Positions 1 to 13,100 of a stretch of 64,000 nucleotides of DNA are shown piece by piece (positions within the stretch are counted from its first letter, which is position 1; each line of letters starts with the position of its first letter). The notes beneath the pieces are model-generated. The model did no database searches. It was given only the letters and a program-made list of their open reading frames with translations, and had not been told where the DNA came from. This DNA comes from Macrostomum hystrix (taxonomy: Eukaryota > Animalia > Platyhelminthes), in NCBI GenBank assembly GCA_950097015.1, contig CATNEN010000003.1, positions 8,122,001 to 8,186,000 of the forward strand. The letters are read 5' to 3'. Position numbers and translations under genes: made by a program.

Positions 1-23
1 TCAAAAGTATCCTGCTGGCACTG

Positions 24-749
24 TTGCTGGTGCATCGACCCTGCGATGCCAGCATAACTTTCGATGCTCAAGATGGATTCCTGTGCATCCGACCTGAGTT
101 TGTTAGAAACCAATCTGCGACACCTCTCCGACACTGCTCCATGATGTGCTCCGAGATGGAAAGCTGCCAGGCCTTCACCATGGCTGACGGTCCGTGTCAG
201 CTGTTCGTGTTCGACAAGTGCAGCAAGTCGGTGAGGGACTGCAGCTGCTCCAGGAGAGGCCAGCTGTTTGTGAAGCAGCAGCCGGGACTCGAGGCTGGCC
301 AGCTGTGTCCGACTGGCTACGGAGACGACCTGTGCGGAGTGAAGTACAAGCTGTACTTCGGCATGGGAACCTGGTGGCCGAGCAGGCAGAAGTGCGAGTC
401 GGAGAGCGGTCTGGTGATCATGGCCGATGTGATGGACACCACAGAGATGATTCGCGTGGACCAGATCTACTACAACAGGGCTGGAGGCAAAACCTTCTGG
501 CTCGGAGGCTTCCAGCCAGCAGGTAGTCCGGAGCCAGCAGGTGGCTGGTACTGGGTCGGCTGCAACATCACCGTGGATGGGAGTTTGTGGGGCTACGGAG
601 ATCCAGACAATCGCTACAACGCCGAAAACGTGATTGGTCGTTGGTTCAATCACGATAAGCTCTCAGACTTCGAGATTATTGGGATACTCCTGGCGCTGTT
701 TTGTGCGAGTGCATCAGTCCTTTTAACTAAAAAATTCCATCGGGAATAA
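24..749 (+). CDS. C-type lectin domain protein with Cys-rich (PAN/apple-like) N-terminal part; possibly 5'-incomplete; probable frameshift near 672
   Basis: CTL motifs W..SRQKCE, FWLGG, WYWV, W.YGDPDN..ENV. A shifted frame from 674 reads DYWDTPGAVLCECISPFN* (TAA 728-730), a typical CTL ending. AATAAA at ~745. Confidence 0.7.
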   Translation: MLVHRPCDASITFDAQDGFLCIRPEFVRNQSATPLRHCSMMCSEMESCQAFTMADGPCQLFVFDKCSKSVRDCSCSRRGQLFVKQQPGLEAGQLCPTGYGDDLCGVKYKLYFGMGTWWPSRQKCESESGLVIMADVMDTTEMIRVDQIYYNRAGGKTFWLGGFQPAGSPEPAGGWYWVGCNITVDGSLWGYGDPDNRYNAENVIGRWFNHDKLSDFEIIGILLALFCASASVLLTKKFHRE

Positions 750-3119
750 ATTTACTCCAAGTACTCTACAACTTGTACATATCTTTACTATTTATTACAT
801 CAACGTCGACGTAAAAATTTTGTCTGCATACTAGTTATGCTTAAATATATTATTTGCTTTGTTTAGCAATTAATACTTAATATTATGATATCAGCTTTAT
901 ACATATTGGCAGGACTTTTGTGACGCCTTTCGAAAGTGATAGTGTCAGCGATTCGATCAGATTTGTTGCCCTTAATTCTCCGAAATAAATTGAGGATATG
1001 TAGATCATTTACAGACTATGACCATAAAAATTTAAGCTGTAATTTTTGGGCAATCTAGGTATTATAATCCCAGCTAATTGTAGTGTATGGCTCATAAAAC
1101 GCTCTGCTGACAGAGGCACAAAATGGGGCGTTTCACAAGCACGAAATTTCACATCGTCGAACGAAACAATATTTCATAAAGCTCGAAATTTCATAACGAC
1201 CAATATTACTGCGGAGATAGGATACTTCACAACGTCTAACTCTGTTTGCACTATTGAGAAGGCGTTTGCTATGTCCCCAGCGTAATTTGACGATTTGAAG
1301 TCTCGATCCTATCTGTATAGTGTCAATGGCAAAATGGCAAACAGAAAATGCATTGTATGCAAATTAGTACGTGTACAAATGATGCCGGCAAATATATATC
1401 TATTTTTGCTAGTTTCATCATTTTATGTCTAATTAAACATTAAATTATAAAATAAAAAACAATTAAAAAGTATAATTTTTTAGCATTGAACTCGTTTTTC
1501 TCGTCTCGTCTCGTGTTTAAACAATTTCTCGTAGCGAACGTAAATAGGTAAGAACTGTTTTAAGTGGAGTCAGTACTAAGACGAGAATTCTTTTAAAAGG
1601 AATAAATCTATTTTGCTAGACAAATTATATTTGCTTGAGTAGCCACGATAAGTTTAGAAACCATTACACGCCAATATCGTGTCATTTTTTAGATGTTATT
1701 TTTTTGACCTATATGCGATAGTTCATTCGATCATGACAATAAGGAAAATTGTGCCAGTCTTACTAAAGAGGCCTAATTTATTTTATTTAAAAGCACGAAC
1801 CATTTTTGCGGTTGATTAAGTAGGCCTAAATATATTCAAAAGGTCTTGAGACCATAGACCAATTATTGTGCTACTTGAAGGCTTAAATAGCTTCAAAGCC
1901 ATTTAATTTGACTACTTACTAGGCCTACTTAGTCAAAGCAGGAAGTTGGCCTAAGTAGTTGTGTTCTTTTTATTGAATAAACATATTTTGTTCCTAATTA
2001 TTTTTGGAGTTCCATGTATTGACTGACAAGGAATGTAAGCTTTCCTCATAGACTTAGATCCAAGGGTCTAATTAAGTCCAAACTTTTTCTAAATAGAAAG
2101 GGGCTATGACTAGTAAAATATTTAGAAAGCACCATTATTTTTTATTTAGGTAATCCAAGAAAAAATAGATTAGATTTACTTATGATTATTGTTGTAGGGC
2201 TCTTTTATTAATATTAAAACTCGCTTCTATTAGTATTACACCTTAAATTGACCCTTTGAAATAATTCTTAATTTCCTTTGTCAATGACTTAACTATACTT
2301 CATAGGCTGGATATGTACTTTTCTTACTTCATATGCATATATATTGCTTAATTTAGCCAGATAGGCTGCTTTCTTTCCCAAATATGGTAGAATTTGCACG
2401 AGTGTCCGAGCTATAAGACACTTCTTCCTCTCCTTATTTACTCATAAACTATCTGGCTTTCTGTTTTTTCCCAGTCTTTCTAGGCTTCCAAATGGACTGA
2501 ATTCGCCCAACTTCGCACACAGTGCTATTTGACCAATCAGGATTTACCCTCTGTTCTTTCAGTTATTAAACTATACTGCTTTTGATAATTATCTCCTTTA
2601 TTCTTTCAAGTATTCACCAACTTGTGTGTGATCACAGACCTGCTTTTCTCTCTCTCTAAATAAGAACAATTAAACACTTGAGACTTTTCTCCTTTATTCA
2701 CCACAGAACTAGGCATGGGGCACCAGTTGAAGTTTCAGAGCTAATTTGCAGTTGTAGGCCTATTTATAGCGAATTTTGAGGTGGGTGACATGATACAGAT
2801 AAACAAAGGATGAAATCGGGGGAAATGCCTTTCGTGGGAATTCAAGTTATAAAAATTATACGATATAAAATTAGGGCCTGCCTCATTATGTATAAATTAA
2901 TATTTCTGTAAGCATATACGCAGAGACCTAGGGTAGCTCATCATAAAAGGTATTTAACATTTTTTGTTATACTGCTAGCTACCTTTGTCATTGTTTTGCT
3001 AAATGCAAAGATTTGCTTTTGTGTAATCCTAAATGTGATTTTTTATATAAAAATTGAATTTATTATTCAAGCTGACCATTTCCTAAGTATTAGGATTAAA
3101 AAATTCTAATCCTAGGTGA

Positions 3120-3400
3120 CATACATGCGCAACACCCGGCCGACCCGGCCGAACCGGCCGGGTGAAACGAGGGCCAAGCAAGGTAAGTTGCAAAAACCAA
3201 TTGACCAAGCGCAAAAAAATCAAAGGGGGGACCAAGGGACAAAAAAGGAAGGCGTGAAGAAAAGGAAAAAGGGGAGAGAAAAAGAGAGCAAATGAGAGCA
3301 AACTAAGTCGTAAATAGAGCAATGAAATGAACTAAGTCGCAAATGAGAGCAAAAACTAAGTCGCACGGCCGGCTAAGATTTGGGAGGTTGCGCATGTATG
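3120..3400. mobile_element. 281-bp non-autonomous DNA transposon (MITE) with 8-bp TSD (hAT- or P-like)
   Basis: Perfect 14-bp TIR CATACATGCGCAAC (3120-3133) / GTTGCGCATGTATG (3387-3400). Direct repeat CTAGGTGA at 3112-3119 and 3401-3408. Confidence 0.9.
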
Positions 3401-4193
3401 CTAGGTGATAAGGATTATTAAAGTAGATCAAAAGACCTATTTTCAGAAATGCTATTGATTTTCTTGTTTATTCAGATTAAATATATGTAACTATACAGTT
3501 TGGAGATCATGAAAGTCTTATACTATTGATATCATTTTTACATTTTTAGTTATTCAATAAAAGCCATCAATTTACAATGCCCTTTTGACATTTTTTACTT
3601 TCAGCAACAAAATATTAGAATGAAACTAAATGCTACTAAGAAACTAACTTTTGAAAACAAAGGACAGTGACAAAATTTGTATATGAAGTTTGGACTATGA
3701 AGACTACAAAGCACAAATGAATGTTTTCTTTGACTTGCATTTTATCATGAATTGTAATCGTAAATAATTTCTTTTGAAAATAGTTTTTGTTCATTTTCAT
3801 TGAAACTCACTTTTTTATTTAAGTAATTAAGCTAATTATAAGAAATACTTTAGGTGAGAAATGTGAACCTGCAAGCATTCAAACTTTTTTCCACTGTTTT
3901 GTTTTCATGTATTATTTTCAGATTCAATGAAGTAGTGTACACATTATTGAATTGGTTATTTACCGCATGTTCATTTATTGAAAATTTTAGATTACATTTT
4001 TGGAGTCGTTTTCGCATTGTAAATTTGTAATCTGTATTTTATATGTTTCTGGTGTTTTTGATCAGAATTTTCTTGCTTTGATTTAAATCAAAGTCATTTT
4101 CCTAAGCGTAACATAATATAATCTATTAATATGTAATAAGTTCCCTCAACTTTAATCCATCATTATCATCTCCGCGTCTATTCACCCACCCAG

Positions 4194-7015
4194 AGTTTGC
4201 CAATCTTCCTTCGAGTTGGTAGCGCCGATCGCGTGGTGCCGCCCTACTTCCTGCGCCGCCTGGCCAGACAACTAGCCAGCGTCAATGCCAGCAGGGTCCA
4301 GTTTGATGAGGTTGCTGGGCAAGGTCACTGGTGGTGGGATACCAGGTGAGTGCAGTGATGATGCTCACCAAATCGTTAAAAATTTCTTAAGTGAGCTTTT
4401 CAGTAATTTTAGCTCAGGCTATTGTTTTAATCATAACAAAAATTTGCCGAAAATAAAGTTTATTGCAATGTAAAAAATTATTACAAAGCTTTGGTTGGAA
4501 TATTAGCAAACTGTATATAGCTGGAATCGTACCAAGCCGTAGCTGGAATCGAACCAAACCGTAGCCTTTCTCGAACGAAAACGTAGCTGGATCGAGCAAA
4601 GCCATAGCTGGAATCTTCCATATCTGTAGCTGGAATCAAACCAAACCGTAGCTGGAATCGTACCAAGCCGTAGCTGGAATCGAACCAAACCGTAGCTGGA
4701 ATCAAACCAAACCGTAGCTGCAACCGTACCAAACCGTAGGTGGAATCGAACCAAACCGTAGGTGGAATCGAACCAAACCGTAGGTGGAATCGAACCAAAC
4801 CGTAGGTGGAATCGAACCAAACCGTAGCTGGAATCAAACCAAACCGTAGCTGGAACCGTACCAAACCGTATAGTCGGAATCGAACCAAACCGTAGGTGGA
4901 ATCGAACCAAACCGTAGCTGGAATCAAACCAAACCGTAGCTGGAACCGTACCAAACCGTAGGTGGAATCGAACCAAACCGTAGGTGGAATCGAACCAAAC
5001 CGTAGGTGGAATCGAACCAAACCGTAGCTGGAATCGTACCAAACCGTAGTCGGAATCGAACCAAACCGTAGCTGGAATCGAACCAAACCGTAGCTGTTAT
5101 CGAACCAAACAGTAGCTGGAATCGAACCAAACCGTAGATGGAATCTTCCAAAACTGTAGCTGGAATCGAACCAAAACCGTTGCTGGAATCGAACCAAACC
5201 GTAGCTGGAATCGAACCAAACCATAGCTGGAATCTTCCAAAACTGTCTATGTTGCTAGAATCGTAGCAATTATTGTCGCTCGAATCGTAGCACCGTATGT
5301 GATTAAAATTGCGGCAATAAATTTAGCTGAAATCGCAGCAAAAATATTACGTCCTTCCCACCGATTCTGCAGACGCCCAAACGATGGCGGTGTGATGAAT
5401 GACGAGCAGGTGCAACAGTTCTTAACCAGCGCAATATCACAGTCGAGTAGGTCGTGCAAGTCACAGAGTTCACAATGTTCGACTACTAAACATTCCGCTG
5501 AGAAGTACTACTCTAGCGTTGCTAGGGAGTCGTTTACCTTGGCAACGTACAATCCAGCTTTCATGGGATCGCTGAATGGGTTTAGAATCGATCGACAGTT
5601 GCTACCCTCTCTTTTGAGTACTATAAAGGTAAATATTATTATTATTATTTTATTTTCTGGTACAAAACGTTATTAATTATGCTTCTCGTACTTTTTGTGC
5701 AGGTAGCGTTAGGCCCACACAGTCACAATCGAATCCAGATAAAAACGCAAAATGTTTTGCAATTTTCTGTGGAAATCAAGCCATCAATCGATGAGAACAG
5801 GTTGCTAAACGACTACGACTTGCTAGAAAGCATCGATGGTCAGTTAGTTGAAGTAGATTTTGTAGCGAAGTCTACCAACTTCCATTCCGCTAGCCTTTTA
5901 AAATGTCGCCAAGTTCAACGGATCGACGCTCATCGTTCTACAAGCTCAGAAGATTTGAGTAGTTGGAAATGTTGGCATTCGGACAATGTCGGTAGCTGGG
6001 AGACAAATCATAAACGATCCGAGAGTCAACTGGGCCCTATGAGAAGAGTTGCAGAGCAACCTTTTGCTGTCATTTATGGTGAGAAAGTTGTTTGACTGAC
6101 TCCTGAGCACACACGCACACAGATACCGTACGCAGGCATACGCTCACACAGGTGTGTACATCTGCTCTGACTCTCATCGTCAGGCAGTGTACACTCTCAC
6201 TGTGCCTCGGAGGTTGGCCCTCAAGAGTGTAAATTGCACGACAAGCCCCCAAGCCTTCTCTCTGCGTCTGCGCCCTAAATAAATGTGGCCTCGCCGAGTC
6301 GAACTCATGGACCTTAGTGCGAGAGGCAAACGCGTTAACCGCTGTGCCAACGACCCCTTCGCATTATCTTCATTTCCATTCGGTACTTTCCTGAAATATT
6401 ACTATAAGTAGTGCAGTCTGAACATGTCGATATTTATTTGTGTTTTTCTAATCGCTTTTTTGCATTTCGAATTCAGATCCTGACATCTGCACGGAGAGCT
6501 TGGCTGTCTTCCTATCTAATCAGTTCCACCTGACATCTGATACGCCCTCTGCTGTACTGCCTTTGTCTAGGCTCTCAGAACTGTCCGCGGACATTAGAAA
6601 TTTCATCTATCTCGGCTCCTGGAATTCGTCAGCTGGGCAAAGCTTGACGGGCAGGATAAATCTACCTGCAAACTGCGTTCTATTACCGTTAGTTGCTATG
6701 GAAACGGGCGCTTCGTTCGTTGGCCTAGTACCCGCTTCCGGCTTTGCGGCAGACATAGACAGCAACAGAAATGATGAAGCTGGCGCCCTGGCGCTGGCTT
6801 TCTTGGCGACGGACTTCGCCGGATTGCGCAGCGCTGCCATTAGCTTAGCCTCGCCGACAATTCCACCGATGGCACGGTCGCCATTCACCAACTGGCTGCC
6901 AGACTATCTGGTTTTGAAGGCTGGAACTGGACCTGGGGCCTTTCACTGTGCTGGTTACTATGACAACGATTGGGGATATCACAGTGCTCTAGCCTCTTGT
7001 GTTTGCGTCCTGTGA
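4194..7015 (+). CDS. 3' half of an S9-like alpha/beta-hydrolase gene (exons 4194-4345, 5373-5628, 5703-6078, 6477-7015)
   Basis: All three introns are GT-AG and phase-compatible. First exon SLPIFLRVGSADRVVPPYF...GQGHWWWDT carries the candidate catalytic Asp and His. Stop TGA at 7013-7015. Confidence 0.8.
4520..5245. repeat. 22-bp minisatellite (TGGAATCGAACCAAACCGTAG[G/C]), ~33 units, intronic
   Basis: Visible tandem periodicity; lies in the intron between exons ending 4345 and starting 5373. Confidence 0.95.
6097..6357 (-). mobile_element. tRNA-derived SINE family A, 3'-truncated copy in an intron
   Basis: Matches copies at 19454-19833 and 61118-61480; Pol III A/B-box-like head on the minus strand. 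Confidence 0.85.
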
Positions 7016-7534
7016 AATCAGAAGTGTGAATGACGTGCAAAAACAGGTGCGAATTACTGATGGAAGCGACAGGTGTAAAAAATAATTTAATTTACTTTTT
7101 TTTATTTTGTAATACTACTTAGCTTGTTAAGTAGTTTAGCATCGTCATTAGAACTTGATTGGTAAATACACATAGTCAATTAAAAAATACTTAAAATTTT
7201 TTTTTATCGACATTGTTATTGTCATTCTATAATATCTATTCTCTTTAGTTCGGAAAGCAAAAAATAGTTTCAAACATAGTTCTACCATTTATGCTAGCTA
7301 CGAGTATTTACGCAAACAAAGGCCAAAATTGAGTAACTGCATGCAAAAAGCCTTTATTTTAATCATTCGTGTTCGTGCCTATGTCTTTGCATTGATACTA
7401 CTACCATTGATGTTTCATTGACATCTTAGAATTAATTACAAAAGAACTGTCTATTTCTTTTACAAAAATTTTTATGTTGCATTGCTTTTTTGTTATTTGA
7501 CGTCTAGAATATCTTGCGTTGGATTGTGTACTAG

Positions 7535-10110
7535 ACTTCCAGTTCTAGGCTACCAATCTCCCAGATCCTCAGTTCTAGGCTTTCATTCTCCCAGATCCTC
7601 AGTTCTAGGCTTTCATTCTCCCAGATCCTCAGTTCTAGGCTTTCATTCTCCCAGATCCTCAGTTCTAGGCTTTCATTCTCCCAGATCCTCAGTTCTAGGC
7701 TTTCATTCTCCCAGATCCTCAGTTCTAGGCTTTCATTCTCCCAGATCCTCAGTTCTAGGCTTTCATTCTCCCAGATCCTCAGTTCTAGGCTTTCATTCTC
7801 CCAGATCCTCAGTTCTAGGCTTTCATTCTCCCAGATCCTCGGTTCTAGGCTTTCATTCTCCCAGTCCTCAGTTCTAGGCTTTCATTCTCCCAGATCCTCG
7901 GTTCTAGGCTTTCATTCTCCCAGATCCTCAGTTCTAGGCTTTCATTCTCCCAGATCCTCAGTTCTAGGCTTTCATTCTCCCAGATCCTCGGTTCTAGGCT
8001 TTCATTCTCCCAGTCCTCAGTTCTAGGCTTTCATTCTCCCAGATCCTCGGTTCTAGGCTTTCATTCTCCCAGATCCTCAGTTCTAGGCTTTCATTCTCCC
8101 AGATCCTCAGTTCTAGGCTTTCATTCTCCCAGATCCTCAGTTCTAGGCTTTCATTCTCCCAGATCCTCAGTTCTAGGCTTTCATTCTCCCAGATCCTCAG
8201 TTCTAGGCTTTCATTCTCCCAGATCCTCGGTTCTAGGCTTTCATTCTCCCAGTCCTCAGTTCTAGGCTTTCATTCTCCCAGATCCTCGGTTCTAGGCTTT
8301 CATTCTCCCAGATCCTCAGTTCTAGGCTTTCATTCTCCCAGATCCTCAGTTCTAGGCTACCAATCTCCCAGATCCTCAGTTCTAGGCTTTCATTCTCCCA
8401 GATCCTCGGTTCTAGGCTTTCATTCTCCCAGATCCTCAGTTCTAGGCTTTCATTCTCCAAGATCCTCAGTTCTAGGCTTTCATTCTCCCAGATCCTCAGT
8501 TCTAGGCTTTCATTCTCCCAGATCCTCAGTTCTAGGCTACCAATCTCCCAGATCCTCAGTTCTAGGCTTTCATTCTCCCAGATCCTCGGTTCTAGGCTTT
8601 CATTCTCCCAGATCCTCAGTTCTAGGCTTTCATTCTCCCAGATCCTCGGTTCTAGGCTTTCATTCTCCCAGATCCTCAGTTCTAGGCTTTCATTCTCCCA
8701 GATCCTCAGTTCTAGGCTTTCATTCTCCCAGATCCTCAGTTCTAGGCTTTCATTCTTCCAGATCCTCAGTTCTAGGCTTTCATTCTCCCAGATTCTCAGT
8801 TCTGGGCTTTCATTCTCCCAGATCCTCAGTTCTAGGCTTTCATTCTCCCAGATCCTCAGTTCTAGGCTTTCATTCTTCCAGATCCTCAGTTCTAGGCTTT
8901 CATTCTCCCAGATTCTCAGTTCTAGGCTTTCATTCTCCCAGATCCTCAGTTCTAGGCTTTCATTCTCCCAGATTCTCAGTTCTAGGCTTTCATTCTCCCA
9001 GATTCTCAGTTCTAGGCTTTCATTCTCCCAGATCCTCAGTTCTAGGCTTTCATTCTCCCAGATTCTCAGTTCTAGGCTTTCATTCTCCCAGATTCTCAGT
9101 TCTAGGCTTTCATTCTCCCAGATTCCCAGTTCTGGGCTTTCATTCTCCCAGATCCTCAGTTCTAGGCTTTCATTCTCCCAGATCCTGAGTTCTGGGCTTT
9201 CATTCTCCCAGATCCTCAGTTCTAGGCTTTCATTCTCCCAGATTCCCAGTTCTAGGCTACCAATCTCCCAGATCCTCAGTTCTAGGCTACCAATCTCCCA
9301 GATCCTCAGTTCTAGGCTACCAATCTCCCAGATTCCCAGTTCTAGGCTACCAATCTCCCAGATCCTCAGTTCTAGGCTACCAATCTCCCAGATCCTCAGT
9401 TCTAGGCTTTCATTCTCCCAGATCCTCGGTTCTAGGCTTTCATTCTCCCAGATCCTCAGTTCTAGGCTTTCATTCTCCCAGATCCTCAGTTCTAGGCTTT
9501 CATTCTCCCAGATCCTCAGTTCTAGGCTACCAATCTCCCAGATCCTCAGTTCTAGGCTACCAATCTCCCAGATCCTCAGTTCTAGGCTTTCATTCTCCCA
9601 GATCCTCAGTTCTAGGCTTTCATTCTCCCAGATCCTGAGTTCTGGGCTTTCATTCTCCCAGATCCTCAGTTCTAGGCTTTCATTCTCCCAGATTCCCAGT
9701 TCTAGGCTACCAATCTCCCAGATCCTCAGTTCTAGGCTACCAATCTCCCAGATCCTCAGTTCTAGGCTACCAATCTCCCAGATTCCCAGTTCTAGGCTAC
9801 CAATCTCCCAGATCCTCAGTTCTAGGCTACCAATCTCCCAGATCCTCAGTTCTAGGCTTTCATTCTCCCAGATCCTCGGTTCTAGGCTTTCATTCTCCCA
9901 GATCCTCAGTTCTAGGCTTTCATTCTCCCAGATTCCCAGTTCTGGGCTTTCATTCTCCCAGATCCTCAGTTCTAGGCTACCAATCTCCCAGATCCTCAGT
10001 TCTAGGCTTTCATTCTCCCAGATCCTCAGTTCTAGGCTTTCATTCTCCCAGATTCTCAGTTCTGGGCTTTCATTCTCCCAGATCCTCAGTTCTAGGCTTT
10101 CATTCTCCCA
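7535..10110. repeat. 30-bp minisatellite (CAGATCCTCAGTTCTAGGCTTTCATTCTCC), ~86 units
   Basis: Direct tandem periodicity with recurring variant units (e.g. TACCAATC). Confidence 0.97.
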
Positions 10111-10162
10111 CATCACAAATCCTAGCTGCTAGCCACCCCTCTGTTTTCTATTATATGTACAG

Positions 10163-13100
10163 CTACGTTCATATGTGTCCCGAAGGAGTTGGTCATTGAA
10201 AACTTTCAGACATTCTCTACTTGTGCTGGCATCAACGTTAGCCGCTGCTGTGGCTCGTTCTTGCTGCAACTACTACTACTATTGCTGCTGCTTTGGGTAA
10301 GTTTTTTACTTTGGAAAATAAAGTTTCGAGGTTAGAGCTTGTGATCTCCGATCGTTAGTTCTAGATTTCAATCTCAGCTAACTGGGTTAGGTTTAGATAA
10401 ATTAGACAACCCCAATGGTATTGTCTCGCGTCTCGAGACATGGTATGATAAGATTTTTTTGCCGTTCAATTTCACAGCGGGTCACTTTTGCGTCCGGCAC
10501 GGGCGGTGACCCAAGCGCCTACCGTCAGATTGTTCAGCAGCGCGGCTGGCCGCCCTGTCGCAGAGCAGCCTCCGTGCCGCTGTCTCCGCTGGCCTTCGCT
10601 GCGGCAAGGATTTCTGGCTGGGATATGAAGGTCAGTACAATGCCTTCAGTCTCCAATCCAAGGGTCCTAATTCTCCATAGCGTTAATTGTGTATCACTAT
10701 TAGCTGGTTTAGGGATTTTATGTCAACTAACGTATAGAATTCGCCGTTAGGAGGCTGTAGCCAAGTGGTTAGAGCGTCGGACTCTCGGCTTAAAGGTCAG
10801 GGGTTCGATTCCCGACTCTAGCAATACACACTTACCTTTGCATTGCTTCAGTTCACCAAGCAGTTAAATTGATGCCAGCAGTAGCTGGGGTAATTGAGGG
10901 TAGATATGGTTTGGCCCCCAGTCCATGGACTGAACAGCCGTACGCAGTGTTCAGATGCGCTGCGCAATAGCTGCGGCTGTGCTGTCGGCTGCACATCTGG
11001 CCCAATTGGGGCAGGTGTAATCAATTATTGATTATATTAATTTTTTACGGCCAAATCTACAGCCGCTCATCGTCTGCCTAATTGACGAGCTAACAACAGC
11101 GGCCAGGTTGACGTCGTCTTCAACCGGCACCAGCAAGCTTCAGAAGCGTCGCCGAAATCATCTTCGACGGCTTCGCTTAGCCCTGGCTGACTCGCTGAAG
11201 GAGCTTGGCGAAGTCGGCTTAGCCGAGGAGGCCTATCGAGAAGCCGCGGCGGCTGCGGCTTCTGCTGACACTCGCTCGCCAAATCTGGAAGATTGGCATC
11301 AACTCGGCTGGTTTCCCATTGGAACCGGAGAACTCGATGAGGACCCGGTGCTGGCCGCATTTGGCAGCTTGCCGAACGCAGTGGCTCGCCTGATGCTTGA
11401 ACCCGCTGCTGAAGCTGCAGACGTCAAGACGCCCAAGTCAGCGCTAATCACGGAGCTATCTGACGGCAGCAAAACTGTCCGTTGGCAGCCGATTGATGAA
11501 GACGGCGAGTCTAACGGTGTGATTCGTCTTGCACCAGATGTGGCCTGGGCTGAGCTGGTCAATACCTTGGGTTCCACTGCCGCCTTGGAGTTTCAAGGTT
11601 GGCTCATTGCTGGTGTCTACACTGCATTAGATGCTCAAGTGGGAGACAACAGAGAGACCGGGTGGGGTCTCGTGTGCGATGGCCCAGCTGCCGTGACTGT
11701 TGACGATGTCATCGATTTGGCTGCTGATCGGTGAGAATTAAGTGACGGCTTTGTTGGAACTGCTGCTTACTATTAACCAGTTAATCAGCTGATTAATTCT
11801 TGGAGAATAAATAAACATTTTTGCAGGAGGGTAAGTGGCAGAGCGGTTAACGCAACGAGGTTCCTAAGCTCGATTCCGCGGCGTGGCCATATTCATTTTG
11901 GGGCGCAGCCGCGGAGAGGAAGCTTGGGGGCTTGCAATTTACACCCTTAAGGGCCAACCTCCAAGGCACAGTGAGAGTGTACACTGCCTGACGATGAAAA
12001 AGTCAGGCAGCACATCGGTGTGTGTGCTCAGGAGTCAGCGAAATGGGCAGAATTACTTCGCCGCTGGCAGCGGGTCTAGTGTCAGCAAAACATGTGCGAT
12101 AGCCATCACCGCTTATGATTATTATGTTATGTATTATTGCAATACTTAGACAATACGTTTCAACACATCACTCAGTGATCTGAGTACATACACCTAATAG
12201 GTGCGTACATCTGCCCTGACTTTCTCATTGCCATGTGGTAGCATACTTTCTTACTGTGCCTTATGTTTGGCTTTTTCATTTCGACCAGGTGCAACTACTA
12301 TTAGTAGCGTGAGTGCAACTAATTATATTATCGAAACTTTGTAGGTACATGCGCGGCCGAGCTATTTCGCCGGTTGCTGGTCGGTTACTAACCGGTCGTC
12401 GCGGAGTTCACTTGTTGGCCGCTAAAATTCGCGGCAAACAGGCAGCGGCCGTGTCTTGCCGTTTCGTCTCATCATCTTCGTCAACATCGGCATCCGTCGG
12501 CAGGTTGGATTTCCGTGTCTGGCCACCGGACTTCCTGCCGGATCTGTGGCTACCCGATGGTGACAAAGGTCCGGTGAGGTTTCTAACCGGCGAGTCGGCT
12601 CCGATCGCATTTCCCTTAGTCAGCCTGCGTTCGTCAGGTGGGCTTCAATGTCGTTTGAAAATGGGCGGCAACAAAGACTCCAGCGGATTGACTATAACAA
12701 AGTTTTCTTCGTATTTGTTCTCAACAACGGAGCTGGCACCTGGTCAGTTGGGCTTTGCCGTTGGCGAGTTGCACCTGCCAAGCGATGATCGACGTCGTTC
12801 GATTTGCACACCTGGTGACGGCGTTGGCGTTCGTCTCACACTGCGGCTTACCTGCGGAGATTCAGGATCAGCTCAGGCAATTCAGGTATTCTGAATCAAG
12901 AGTACTCGTAGCTACACCTGTAATTATTTGTGGTATTTCAAATACCCACTGCCTACTTCACGATAGCTCCCAAACCGAATGACCGATTTTCGTGAATGTC
13001 CACCATATTGATCGAAACTTTCAGTCCTTTACCATGAATTAGCTATCAAAGCCGTCTGACGTCAGCATCGTCGAGATATATTTATGTATTCTTGTCGAAG

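Noticed and set aside
1500-3080. Possible degenerate transposase or other coding remnant
   Set aside because: No sustained ORF or recognisable motif by eye.
4481-5224. Repetitive minus-strand ORFs
   Set aside because: Products of the intronic 22-bp array.
8233-10116. 627-aa WENESLELRI repeat ORF
   Set aside because: Translation of the 30-bp array; 1-bp deletions elsewhere in the array show no frame constraint.
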